Assembly: GCF_009914755.1 (NCBI RefSeq)
Contig: NC_060937.1
Source: the human T2T-CHM13v2.0 reference genome, Homo sapiens
Length of the DNA: 64,000 bases
Direction: 5' to 3' (one strand)
In this document: positions 24,751 through 37,821 of the stretch, piece by piece
Numbering within the stretch: the first letter of the stretch is position 1
Layout of the letters: every line of letters begins with the position of its first letter
The notes under the pieces: generated by a model
What the model was told of the DNA's origin: nothing
Database searches by the model: none
What the model saw: only the letters and a program-made list of their open reading frames with translations
Translations under genes and position numbers: made by a program

Positions 24751-27700
24751 TAAATATACTATAAGCTCTTTCAGGGTGAGCGTATTATCTTTATTTGGGT
24801 TCGTGGAATTAAAAAAATACCTGGCACAGAGTAAGCGTTCAATCAACATTTGATTAAAAAAATAAATCAGCCATGTCTCCCACTATATGTTAAAGAATGA
24901 CAGAGAATGAAATAACTTTTTTTCTGTCAAAGGGAAGATTTTTGAAGAATGTACAGCGGAAAAATCAGTGACAATATGAGCACAGAGCTGCTTGGCCTCT
25001 CTCTCATACTTGTCCAATTCCTCTGAAGATCCCCTAAGGGTCAGAGAGAAGTACTAAAGCTAGTTTGTATCTTGGGTGACTAAATTAATGGGCTATATGT
25101 ACAGAGAACCAAAAAATAACATTTGAGATAGAAGTAGAAAATGTATAATAATTGCAGCTCTCTGCGATCATGGAAAACAATTGATTCAATCTTTGAAACG
25201 ACTGATATTCATGACTTCTTTTCAAAGTAATTATTAAGGTCAGTTTCCTATAAATTATTTATGTAGTGAAATTCACAGGCACTGAAGTAATATGGAACTT
25301 AGAAACAATCCTATCATTTGCTACAGCTAAATTGCACCTTTTTAGTAAGTTCTTATATTTCCCCAATATTTAGAATTTGAACATCTTAGGGTGAATTATA
25401 TATAATTAGGTGTGTCTATGTGCCTTCATTTTTAACCCATCACAGGCACATCCACTGATTGGCCTGTGATGTCTTAGACTTCATGTCACATCAAAAACCC
25501 TAGTTGAATTTGCCTCAACTGGAGAGAAAAGGAAAACCATTGTGTCCCATCAAGATGGTGCACCTTTTATCTTATGTCTTAGCCAATGACTCCCCTATTC
25601 TCAAATTAAGAGATCCTGACAAATTTGGGGTACAAACCTAAACATAGGTAAAATTTAAATTACAAATACTTCTACCTGGGGTCTTCAGTATTTTATAATT
25701 CCTTCTTAGAGCTAAGCATAATTTTAAGTGCTAATAATGAACAAAATTATCCTTATTGCTATTTTTATCCCTTTTTTCTAATATCCAACTTCTAGCTGTG
25801 GGTTTTACATATCTGGCCAACAAAAAGTTTGAAGACTAATCACAAAAGCATGTATAAACACCAAGAGGTTTTAGCATGCGTATAGAATATGAATTTGGAA
25901 ATGTTTACATATGCAAATATTTTGAGAGCTAGAATTTTATTCTTGGCATAGAAACTAAGGGTTTTTTTCTAAGCACATTGCTACAGAAAACCGATATCCT
26001 GGAGGGATTGTTTACTCGGAAGAGGCTTTGGGATAAGAGTTACACTAGCATTTAATGATGTTGATCTAATGTTATTTTATGGTTAAAGGAGCTGCAGAAT
26101 TTTACCCTAAACTTTTACCTTTTATCTGTCTTTTTTTTTCCACTTCTTTAATAGTAAAAAAAAAAAAAAAAAAAAAAATTAAATTGTGGTATTATAACAC
26201 AGAGTGCACTTCTTTCTCAGTTTCATTGATGCCAATGAAGGCAAAATGGAATGAAATGTCATACTGACTTGAGTCATTAAAAAAAACATGTAATTTTAGT
26301 GTTTAGTCAGTAAATGAATTCAATAATATTCACACACGAATCTTTGAAAGAGTCATTTGGATTGCTTTTTAATAAAATAGAGCTAAAGCCTCCAGCCCCA
26401 ATGGCCACAGGTAAACCTCAAGGTTGCCATCAAAATGGGCTGCAGTCTCCAGCCATTGGGTTCTGTCATGAGATTTACCATCACTGTGTTTCCCTGTTTT
26501 GACTGATCACTAAATACCTGAGGTATTTTGTTTTATTCCCAGGCACTAATTTAATGCTACCTTTGAATGTTCAAAAAAAATTTGCTGGTTATGTATTTGA
26601 TGTTTACCTACTCATATGTGAAAATAAATACTTGAGATTACATTTGTGAGCTACTGTTTGAACTGGGTTTTTCTGCAGGAAAACCTGCTCAACCGGTTTT
26701 ACCAAATCCCTAGAAGAATGTTTTCTGATACAAACAATGGATTGTTACACAGGACAAGATAGGTAATTATGAGATCATGAATAAGTTTGTCTTTCATTGT
26801 GAAAGTACATAAAATAGGAATAGAATGTGTGATTACTGATTACAGAAGTTCTTTTACTATGGAACTTATAAGAAAAAAAAAGGAAGTTACCTAAGAGGGC
26901 ATTCAAAAAATGCTCAGCTTGTTGTAACCCAAGCTAATGAAAACAAGGAAATTTATAGTTAAGGCTGACTTCCAATACCTAGGCACCACAGGGTGTCTTT
27001 TAAACCACTTCCTTCATGTGGCCCTTTGAGTCCATGGATGGGAGGTCGGCTTAAACTGTGAATTTCTTTATTATTAGTTTCTAACACAACCTTAAAGTAC
27101 TTTGAGTGTACTCTGAGACTTTCTGGTTAGTGCGTTTAACTTCCTCTCTTTAACAACATTGGTATCACCTTGATGGGCTAAGCTACCACAACTGAGATTC
27201 AATGATTGCCAAATGGAGATATTGCTCTAGTTTTAGTTCCAAGCCTGGTGGGTTTTCCTTCACTATGCAACACCACTGATCACCATGCATGGGGTTTTTC
27301 AGAAGTGACATCTTCATAAAATTTTTTTTCCTGATATTAACTAACACGCAATTTATTTCATAATGTTAACAAAACTTTTGGAAGGCTTTCAATATCCTTA
27401 TTGTTTCAAAAACAAGTTCAAGAAAGATACCTTCTGTGTAAAATTACTGCTATGATTTACAAGAAAAGATCTTCTGCAGTCTTCTTTGTTAAGTTGAGAG
27501 GGTGAGATTCCGTTGGTGACAGGGAGGAAACAACAAGGCTCCCCTTTCTCATTACTGTCCATTTGAAACCTCTCTCTACAGACTTTGATCCTTAGGTGGC
27601 GGCTCAAATAGGTCACATGGTGTTTCTGGTTAGATAAGGGAAGTCCTCCAGTCATTTTTAATAGTCCAGTTTCAGCAATTTTATTGTCCAACCAACGCAA

Positions 27701-27788
27701 CTGTCAGAATCCTAAACTTAACTTGGAGTTCTTGTTTCCCTCCTTCTCCCTCCCACCCCTTGGGCCTGCTTTGTGGAGACCTACAGTG

Positions 27789-28423
27789 TATTGGAGCTGG
27801 GAAACCAATACCACCAAACTGTGGTCTTCATACATGCTGAACTGACAAAGAAGCCTCAAGGTCTCTCTGACCTTCCTGCATCCCCAACTATCTCTCCCAA
27901 AGCATAGGATGAAGTCATTCTCTGAAGCTCCCTTATCTGACTAAAGTCCAGACCTACCAAAGAAGAAAAAATTACCTCTGGTCCTCTCCATAAGTTTTCA
28001 TTAACTGAACTAATTTCACAGGAAAGAGGACTAAAGTCTCTCAAACTTGAACAGACTTGTGTCACAAACCATTGTTCACTCTGTGGGCCCAACAGACTTT
28101 GATTCAGACCATCATAGGTTCTTCAAACTCATTGAATTCTCCCTAGGAATTATGTATTGCCCCTCAACAGAATTCCTCTTCTCCCCTCTCCTATAACCTG
28201 TTTTGCCAAGATCCAAGCCCCCATTCATTCTGTAACTTCAAGATGGTTTATAAGCTTCTGCACCCCAATGGGAGGTGGCTTCTTCATTCTGAATGCCCCT
28301 GTCACCCAAAACTATGATCAAATAAATTTCTGTGGCTCTTCTCCCATTAATCTGTCCTTGATGAGTTGATTTTCTAGCAAACCTCCTGAGGGTGAAAGGG
28401 GAACTTTCCATTTGCCTCTTATA
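27789..28423 (+). mobile_element. ERV1 solo LTR, MER34/MER39-like
   Basis: gaaaccaataccaccaaa ... atgctgaactg ... ctgtaacttcaagatggtttataagc (TATA) ... aataaa; 4-bp TSD agtg. Confidence 0.8.
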
Positions 28424-28887
28424 AGTGGAAGCTTCTTCCTTTCAAAAACTTCTCCTTTTCTCACTTTACCCTGTCCCCACTAGGCGGCCTTCTGGCTCTT
28501 CCTGGATTGGAGTGGGCTTGGGGAAGAAGGAGAGGGGAGTGGACAGAAAACCTCTATGTTCTCTGGACTTTGCTCTCTGAACTTTGGGGCTCTTCCAGGA
28601 TAACTCTTTTTGTCTTCGGATGCATTTGTGAGTTCTCTGGAGACACCACCTCAATGCATGTGTCCCATTATGTTCCTTTAATGAGGTCAACATTCTTTCT
28701 CTGGCTGCCACTTAACATACCACTCAGGTTCTGTATCAGTGACACCCCTCCAAGCTCTTTCTGCTCTTTCTGCTATCAGTAAGTGTGTGCTTCCAGATGG
28801 GGTCACTGTGACAATGACCTTCCAGCTGGTGCCTTCCCCAGGGCTCACCTCTGTTATTCTAGCTCCCCATGTAGCTATGGCCTTCAA

Positions 28888-29046
28888 TGGGACAGGCTGC
28901 ATGATTTGTAAGGCCCGCCGCAAAATAAAAATGCAGGGCCTCTTGTTCAAACACTATTAAGAATTTCTAGGTGGTGACAAGAGACCATTAAACCAGGTGT
29001 GGCCCTTCTGGGTGTGGAGCAGTGTGTGACTGCACAGTCTCAGGCC
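28888..29046 (-). mobile_element. MER45A (hAT-Tip100)
   Basis: gcaaaataaaaatgcagggcctcttgttcaaacactattaagaatttc ... cattaaacca ... tgtgactgcacag. Confidence 0.8.
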
Positions 29047-29251
29047 TAGCTCTTCATGCTGTGACTGGTAGGGCTTCAACACCACTCCACAATGTCTCCT
29101 AAGACCTAAGTAGCTCCTTTGGAGCCCTGTTCAGTAAGCAGAGAGCCAGGAGAAACCCCCATGCCCTCTCTTTGGATTGAGGAGGCAAATGGTAAGTACT
29201 AACTTTCCTTAAGAAGAATGTGTTGAGCATACCAGCATCACTCTTTGCTAC

Positions 29252-30150
29252 TGTAGGAGAGAAACAGTATTTTTCTCACCCATCTCAAGGTTCATGACTG
29301 AGGCCTTTACAATAAAATACAGATTAATAAGGGAAAAGCATAACACATTGATTTAATATAAATTTTACATGTGTGGCAGCCTTCAGAAATGAAGACTCCA
29401 AAGAAACAGGGCAACCTGTGTTTGTTTCTGCTTAGGTTGGAGGAAGAGGACAGAGTCGTGCAGAAGTAGGATTAGACAGAGGGGGATATGAGCTACCTGT
29501 AATAAACTGGGGGAGCTTAGCAAGGCCTGTTTGTTTAGAATCTTTGTATTAGTCCATTCTAGCACTGCTATTAAAAAACAAACAAACAAAAAACCCTGAG
29601 ACTGGGTAAATGTGTAAAGAAAAGAGGTTTAATTGGCTCATGGTTCTGCAGGCCGTACAGGAAGCATACTGGCTTCTGCTATGCAGAGGCCTCAGGAAAC
29701 TTAAAATCATGGCGGAAGGTGAAGGGGACGCATGCACATCTTATATGGCCAGGGCACAAGGAAGAGAGAGAAGAGGCAGGTGCTACATGCTTTTAAATGA
29801 CTAGATCTCATTAGAACTTAATATTGCAACCAAGGGGGGTGGTGCAGAACCATTAGAAATGACCCCTGTGATGCAATCACCTCCCACCAGCCCCCACCTC
29901 TAGCATTGGGGATTACAATTTGAAGTAAGATTTGGGTGGGGACACAGACCCAAACCCTCAGTCTCCTTGGCATCTCCATGTCTTCATTCCTTTCCTCCAA
30001 GTGTAGACAGGAGAGGACCCCAATGGAATAAGGGTCTTATGGGCAATGCTTCAGGAACAAAGGTCGAGGAGAAGGTGGGCTTCCTGTTTGTGCTGTTTCC
30101 TCATATGACAAGGTGCCCTATTTGGGAATAGCATGTCCTAAACCTTGTCA
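29252..30150 (-). mobile_element. ERV1 solo LTR (MER34-related, LTR54/LTR56-like), split by MSTA
   Basis: TG...CA ends; perfect 4-bp TSD ctac (29248-29251 / 30151-30154); cagattaataagggaaaagcata and aaggtgccctatttgggaatagcatgtcct. Exact family uncertain. Confidence 0.75.
29545..29960 (-). mobile_element. MSTA-like MaLR solo LTR nested in the ERV1 LTR
   Basis: tgtattagtccattct ... ggttctgcaggccgtacaggaagcat ... gggacacagacccaaacc. Confidence 0.92.
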
Positions 30151-30449
30151 CTACCTTCAAGGTGAGCCTTGAATCAGAGGTTGTCAAAAATCTTCTAAGC
30201 ACTTGCCTAGTCTACACAGCCAGAGCTGTCTTCTAGCAGCTGCACCCAGATTCCTCTCCGGGAATCCCCCAGTGCACCACCCCCAGGCCACTTCCCTCCA
30301 GTGGCCATCCACCTGGCTCCCTATGGAGCATGCAGCCCAGCCCCCAAGCCCCAGCTCCAGCATGCTGCCTTCCACGACAGGGGCACTACAGGCTGTGGGA
30401 GCTTTGAGAGGGAGTACCAGGAAGGGGACCCTTGTTCTCTTCCCACTGA

Positions 30450-30682
30450 GAAAAAGCAATTATGTGACCTGCTTTAGAATCTAGATGCCACCATGTTGTG
30501 ACTACAGAAGTGAAATCAAGGCCTAGAAGTAGGAAAAAAAGGCTGAAAGCTGATGATCTCTTCCGATCCGCTGCACCCAGACCACACAGCTCACAGTCAA
30601 ACGAGTCAGAGGATCCCCTTTTTGCTTAAGCCAGTTTGAATTAGGTTTCCTTTAATTTACAGAAAGGATCTTAACTATTACA
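30450..30682 (+). mobile_element. Old MLT1 (J/K-like) LTR 3' fragment
   Basis: ttttgcttaagccagtttgaattaggtttcc ... tacagaaaggatcttaact. Confidence 0.55.
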
Positions 30683-30779
30683 TTTATCAATACTACCCTT
30701 TTGTATTTCATCATTTCTGTTTTATTCCTAAGTGATAATAACTGTAAATATGAACTTTAAAATATATTAAAATACCATG

Positions 30780-30987
30780 AGCCTGGGTGACATGGAGAAA
30801 CCGTGTCTCTACAAAAAAAAAAAAAAAAATACAAAAGTTAGTCGGGCATGGTGGCATGCACCTGTAGATCCAGCTACTCAAGAGGCTGAGGCGGGTGGAT
30901 TGATTTGATTATGATCATGTCCCTGCACTCCAGCCTGGGTGACAAAAGGAGACCCTGTCTCAAAAAAAAAATAAAAAAATAAAAAAA
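30780..30987 (+). mobile_element. 5'-truncated AluJ with an internal deletion
   Basis: Starts at agcctggg, has an expanded middle A-tract, lacks ~25 bp of the right arm, ends gagaccctgtctc plus A tail. Confidence 0.9.
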
Positions 30988-32582
30988 GTCACGTATTTTT
31001 ACCATTATCCCATCTATATCTTCCCAATGTTTTGTTATTGTTCCAGGCCAGGTGACCACACTGCTTTTTCATACACAGGCGAAAGGAAACCAACATTACA
31101 TACATAACTACAACACAAGGGCACATATTGGAAGCATGACATTTTGGAGGCAATGGTAACAAAATGTCTAAGGTCCTTGAGCCCCTCAGAGACCTATTCT
31201 AGAAAATACCAATTTATTAATGTGAACAGTGATTACAATTCATTATTTGATGTTAATGAACAAAATAGAATGTCATCATGTATATAACATTTAATGTTTT
31301 CGTAGAACTTTAATAATATATATAACTTTTCTAAAAGAATGGTATTTAATGTCTCTCGAATTGTAGCTATGTCATTAATAACTGTCATTTTGAAGTAAGC
31401 AAAAGATAAAGGACATAGAGAAAAAATTATTAGCAAAAGCAACAAAAAGAACATTTGAAAGCTTGACCTTCTATTTCCTCCAAATCAGTGTAACTCATAA
31501 TGAATGTTAAGGGAAAACTGTAATATATTTTCTTCCATATTTTCTATCTGTCAAAGACACTGATACCTATTTTTCCTCATCAACATGAACAGTTCACTGA
31601 ATGACAGCAAATCAAGCCTTATACATATAACCGAAAAGCAAGGGAAAGCCTGTTCTTAGAAGAAACATGGTATAGATGGCCTTCTGTGTCTAGAAAAGCT
31701 ACTGCCTTTACTATTTCTAACCACGGGCTGACATTGTTATTTTAAAGACAAAACTGGAGGAGACCACAGTGGTGGGGATAATATTTTCAACGTTCTGCAG
31801 CTGCATTCATAAAGTGAACTCTCTTTGAAGTATAAAATTAATAGTTGAATGACACACCTCAAAGAGTGCCCCCAAAAGGTGACCAGAGCCTAACTCTGCA
31901 ATTTTAAAATGTGAACATTTCCAGAGATGGGAACCCATGGGTGCTGATAGCATCCCCATCTGGGGCCTATTTCTCCTGCCATCCATCTAAACGTAGTCTT
32001 CTTTGAAGTCAAAAAAACCTCTGAGGGAAATTGTTCCAGGATAATAGGTTGGAGGTACTCTTGGCAAATTGCTCCAAAAATAAACAAACACAAACAAAAG
32101 ACTGTGAATCACAACTGTATTGTAACTTAAATGCAGCATTTTCCCCATGGAAACCCTGAAAGACTCTCTACAGATAGATATAAATGATAGATATACACAT
32201 GCAGAAAGAAAACTTGTATATATACACATACGTAGGTATATTGTCTTAACAAGAACAAGTTAATCCTCATGAATAAGGTATCAGTTTTGAAAGTATTTCT
32301 GGAAAAAAACAGAGGAAAGAATAAGTGCTATAGTTGGGTGCCGTCTGGGTGGAGTTATAAATAGTGGAATAATTTAAAGACAGTGACAGGATTAATGATC
32401 AAGGGGCCTGAAGTCTCACAATTTCTTCACACCAGGCCACACATATACAAATTACCAAAAGGCTAGCTGGGTAACACATAGGTCTAAGTGGGTTACTCCT
32501 CTGGTTAAATCTGTAAGTTAGCTCCCCACAGCCTACAGAACAGAGGTAGAGGTATTTGGCATGGCATACAGCATCTATTTGA

Positions 32583-32897
<315 letters not shown>

Positions 32898-33078
32898 CTA
32901 TTCAACATTGCACCATGCCTTTTTAAAAGAAAATTCCTTTCCTTACATATCCCACCCTGCTTTGCACAAGCATGGCACACACACACACTCACACATTCAC
33001 ACAGGCTCACATACGTCTCACTCCAATCAAGCAAAACAGCTTGCAGTTGGGCCTTTGCACATGCTGTTTTCTCTAGCT

Positions 33079-33381
33079 CAGGGGTCAGCAAACTTCTATG
33101 TAAAGGGACAAATACCAAATATTTTCGGCTATTGAAGGATAAAGGTTCTGTTTCACTACGATGTTGTTGGACATAAATGAATACACATGGCTGTGTTCCG
33201 ATAAAACTTTATTTATGGATGCTGAACTCCAAATTTCATATAATTTTCATGTGTCATGAAATACTTTTCTCCCTCTCGCCACCATTTAAATATATAAGAC
33301 CATATTTAGATCCCATGTCACACAAAAACAGGCAGCAGCAGCGGGCCTGTTTGGGCCCACAGGTCACACTTTGCCACCCTG
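33079..33381 (+). mobile_element. MER58B inserted in an L2 fragment (~32900-33640)
   Basis: caggggtcagcaaacttc ... ttcatataattttcatgtgtcatgaaata ... tttgccaccctg. Confidence 0.85.
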
Positions 33382-34137
33382 CTTCAGTCCTGCAGTCTTA
33401 GTTTATTTATCTCCAACATGTTCTTTAAAGCAGTCTTGGGAGCCTTCCATGCCCAAGCATAGTGTTGTCAAAGCCTCTTTAATACAGCTCTCTCAAATCA
33501 TTTGTTTCAATATTTTAAATATGTTGTACTATCTTTCCTCCCAACCAGGCTCTGAGTTCTTTATCAGCAGGAAAAGCCTTTTGTAACTGTGTATCCTATC
33601 AAGCTCTCAACATGTGGCAAATAAATAAATAATCACGGAAAGTGAGAGGATAGTAATTTCTATACTCCTTCTTTCTCTTCTTCTGAAAAATATTTCTTAT
33701 GAGTCATTCCTCTATGGATAAAAGGCATTCGGTACAGTGGTGCAGGGAGACAGTCTACTTGGCAAATCCAAGCCCTGTCAATGTCAAGTTCCAGGTTCTT
33801 TGTCAGTGATAATTGCTCATGTACCCTGGTTCAGGGTGTGGCTGATGGTATTCATCCCACAAACATTCTGTGGCTGCTGGGTATCAGGACTGCAGCTGGG
33901 AATGGGACAAAGAGCTTCCTTGCCCTCAGGAATGTACAGAGTGGTCAGGAAGAAAGCTTTCAAAAGTCAGTCTGAGGAGAGAGTGAAAAGAAAGAGCTAC
34001 AGGAGCACAGAGCAGAGGAAGCCGTTCTGTGGGAGAGAAAGAGGTTAGGAAAGGATCCCTAGGGGGTAGTCTGCACACCAAGACCCAAAGGTAAACTGGA
34101 GTTGGCTAGGTAACAGAGAGAGAGAGAGAGAGGATAA

Positions 34138-34488
34138 TGATATGGTTTGGCTCTGTGTCCCCACTGAAATCTCATCTCTAATTGTAATCCCCACATGTCA
34201 AGGGAGGGAGGTGATTGGATCATGGGGGCAGTTTCCCCCATGCTGTTCTCATGATAGTGAGGGAGATCTCACAAGATTTGATGGTTTTATAAGGGGCTTT
34301 TCCCCCTTAGCTTACACCTTTCTCTTGCCTGCTGCCTTGTAAGACATGCCTACTTCCCCTTCCACCATGATTGTAAGTTTCCTGAGGCCTCTACAGCCAT
34401 GCAGAACTGTGAGTCAATTAAATCTCCTCTCTTTATAAATTACCCAGTCTCAGAAATGTCTTTATAACAGTGAAAACGGACTAAGACA
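34138..34488 (+). mobile_element. THE1D/MSTA-like MaLR solo LTR
   Basis: tgatatggtttggctctgtgtcccc ... aaacggactaagaca; no clear TSD. Confidence 0.9.
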
Positions 34489-34894
34489 GGTGTCTAAGCA
34501 GAAGGAACAGCTTGGACAAAGGCTCAGAGGTAGTAGAGCCAGAGAGGAAGAAGGTTGCTCAGCCACTCCCTTTAGCAGTGTTTGCATTGGGCCACATAAA
34601 AGGTGTTCTCAGGGAACTAGCTGCTGTCTGGCCTGAGTAAACCTTCATCACCTGCAAATGGAGAGCAGTGAGTTAAATACTGTGTATGGTCGTTCGTGAA
34701 TACATTTTTTCTAGATGCTGCCCTTATTATTTCAGGACCCTTAGTGCTTTTTGTTTAATGAGATGTTCTGTGGGTTTGAACCCTTGTAGTCTTTCATTTG
34801 TGTTTCCTTCTCCCTCCCTTAGTTTACTGAGCACCTTAAGGGATGAGTTTGTTTGTTTTTTTTTGTAGAACTTATTTGACTTTACATACCTATA

Positions 34895-36075
34895 AGATTT
34901 CATTCTTTCAAGAAATATCTACTACGCATCTTTTGTATTCCTGCACTGTTCTAGGTGCCTGGGATACATCAGAATAAAACAGACAATGATCCCTGCACTG
35001 GAGAATCTTTCACGGGAAAGAAGGACTGAGATAAAGTCAACAACACTCACAAAATAATAAATGAGCTAATGATATACTAGACGGTTGTGAGGAAAAAAGA
35101 ATGTAAGGCAAGGTAGTGGAGAATGTGAGGCTGAGGGGTGCAATTTAAAGAGGAATTTAGGAAAGTCTTCATGGTGAAAGACACTTTGAGCATAGACGAT
35201 GAAAGGGAGGGAATTGGCCATAGGAATATTTCCAGGAAGAGGGAGTAGTCAATGCAAAAGGCATTGGGCAGGAACAGGTATCATTCTATCATTCTGAAAA
35301 CTTCAGGTAAGACCATGTGGAAAAGTAGTGAGGAGTTGCAGGAAGTGAGACCAGGCACAGGCTGTGGAGAGTCGGATCCTGAAGTGTCCTGGGGAATCCT
35401 GTACCCACTGTGGCTTTTATTACCGTCTCCAAAGAAGAGCCATTGCAAGGGTTTGAACAGAGGCATGACATCATAACCCCACCTGTGTGTTGGAGGAATA
35501 ATTTTGGCTGTGGGTTGCAATGAGATGGTAGGAACAAGAGCAGATCTCGGGAGGTGGCGAGGAGTCCCTTGTAGCAATCCAGGTGAAGCATTGTGGGGGC
35601 TCAGACTGGGGCAGGAGAAGGACAGGTGCTGAGAAGCGTTTCTGGAGAGCTGCGGAAGCAAAGCCAGCGGTGCCTCCTCATTGGTTGAATGCAGCATGCG
35701 AGGGAAAGAGAAGAAAGAGTCAAGGATGAATCTAATTTTTTGCCCGGAGCAACTGGAAGGTCAGAGTCAGCACTGACAAAGATGAGGGAGTCTGCAGGGG
35801 AGCACATTTTGGAAACAGAGCAGAAGTTGGATTTGCTAAGAATTCATTGTCTCTTAGACTTTTATGTAGAGATATCGGAGGCAGCTGAATATGAGTCTGT
35901 AATTCCAAAGTGAGTTCTGAGCTGGGGATATAAACTTGGGAGTCCTCTGCATATAAACAGCAAGCAGTGCCAAGAGATGGGCTGTGGCCACAGAGGGGAT
36001 AAATGAAGACAGAAGAGAAGAGCATCCTGAGAACTGAGTTCTGAGTCTCTGACATTAAGAGTGACTTACTGTCAT
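34895..36075 (-). mobile_element. L2a-like LINE
   Basis: ttcattctttcaagaaatat ... ctgttctaggtgcctgggataca ... gagtcaaggatga ... ggggatataaacttgggagtc. Confidence 0.85.
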
Positions 36076-37733
36076 TGTTGCTGAACTGATCCACTGGGTA
36101 ACTCAGGTAAAAAAAATTCAACAGTTCAAGTAATACATTAGATATGTATGTCATTGCCTTTTTGATATTACCATAAATGATATTACGTATTATTGAGAAT
36201 ATGTTTTGGCTCATGCTACACTGGCAAAAATCAAAACAACCATCTTTCAGCAATGACTGTATACAAAGTAGAAATCACACACATCTATTTCAAAAATACA
36301 TATATATTTCAAAATAGTGCAGAAAACGCTACTGAGTTACTCCATCTCTAAACTATAGCCTAACACAACAAGAACAAAATACCTAGGTACAAAAACAAAG
36401 GCTGAGTCAGACAAGCACTAACCTGCTGAAAATGATTTGCATTTGATGAACTCCAAAAGCTGAAGACTAGGAAGAGATCAAAATTCTTGAAGAACTTTGT
36501 CTCACTATAAAAATAGATCATACAGGAATCCTAACCTTCATAGCATCAGAAAAAGAAATTATGTAAAACTATTTGCAGGAAACATTTTCCATGCTCAAAT
36601 AAGTAAGGCCCGATAGCAATGTGACAACACACACAAACACAACCCACTGCCAAAATGTGAGTATTTCAACCCATTATAAAGAGGGGGCACAATTCCAGGG
36701 CAGCAGAGAGCACTGGCTGCCTGGAGCCCAGGCTCAGCTCACCCTCTCCTAGATCAACTTCCTTCTCCTCTGGAAAGAACACTGCCCTTTCCACTAATGC
36801 ACACTGCAGGATGAAAGGGCGAAAGAGGAAGAGAAAAGCTTGAATGTGAGTTCTCTATGCACTTAGAGAAAATTGCATGGTACTTCAGCAGAAATCTTTG
36901 AGCAGTACTCAAAGATATAAAAGCAGTATGTCCTGCTAGAATCCTAAACCTTTCAAATGAAAGTTGCCTTACTTTTTTTTTTCTTTTCTTTCCTTTTTTT
37001 TTTTCTTTTAAAGTATAACCCTGCAATTTACTGGAGCTGAAGGCCCTTTTTTTTTTCTGACATGGCAGATTACTTTTTTTTTTTTTTTGTAGTGGGATCG
37101 AGTGTTGTTGTTAGTTAGAATAAAGGCCTAGACACAAATTCTCAGGCTCCGTTCCTAGTTCTGACCATAGTAATGGGGAAACATCATGTCTTGGAGCAAA
37201 TAAATAAACGCACATAAATGCATCAGTTCCACTTAAACCCTGTAGGAATGCTGCTATCTCTTGGGAGATACCATAACGACAATGCATACAAGGCCAGTTG
37301 TGATTTCCAAAATTCAAAGAAATACAATAGAAGTTGTAAGGGAAATGCCCCGAATGGGAGAAACTGTGTTCACTCTGGGAGTAATTGCTTAAACAACATT
37401 TATTTAATCAGCTCCATGACCACTCATAAGCTACAGTATCCTTCAGAATAAATTCCAAAGCTCCATATTGTATTACTACTTTCACTTCAATTTTGGAAAA
37501 AGAGGTATACCAGTAGATTTTAAGATGCATCCTTATTCAAATGAAATACAATATTATCCAAAAAATTCCTTGAATCAGTTGCTAATTAACTTGTCTACTT
37601 GATAATTTACTTTTGAGTAACAACCGCATACTCCTCTCTGCTTATACTTTTTTACAAATACTATTTTATTGTGTAACTGGTGCACACGTATCATAACATA
37701 TGCACCAACAAAACGAGTACTTGCTGGAATTTT

Positions 37734-37821
37734 TCCCATCCAAGTACTAACGAGGCCCGACCCTGCTTAGCTTGTGAGATCAGATGAGATTGGGCACGTT
37801 CAGGGTGGTTTGGTGGTAGAC
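37734..37821 (-). pseudogene. 5S rRNA retropseudogene (nt 1-88 of ~120)
   Basis: The reverse complement reads GTCTACCACCAAACCACCCTGAACGTGCCCAATCTCATCTGATCTCACAAGCTAAGCAGGGTCGGGCCTCGTTAGTACTTGGATGGGA, about 9 mismatches in 88 nt against remembered human 5S. It is followed by a short A run. Confidence 0.95.

Noticed and set aside
25438-25471. 10-bp stem hairpin catcacaggc / gcctgtgatg
   Set aside because: About one such stem is expected by chance in 64 kb, and it is too short for a pre-miRNA.
35732-36253. Longest ORF (173 aa, - strand)
   Set aside because: Mostly inside the L2 element, with a non-ATG start and no recognisable cellular domain.
37734-37821. Functional 5S rRNA gene
   Set aside because: Truncated at nt 88, ~10% diverged, solitary and without a T-run terminator.
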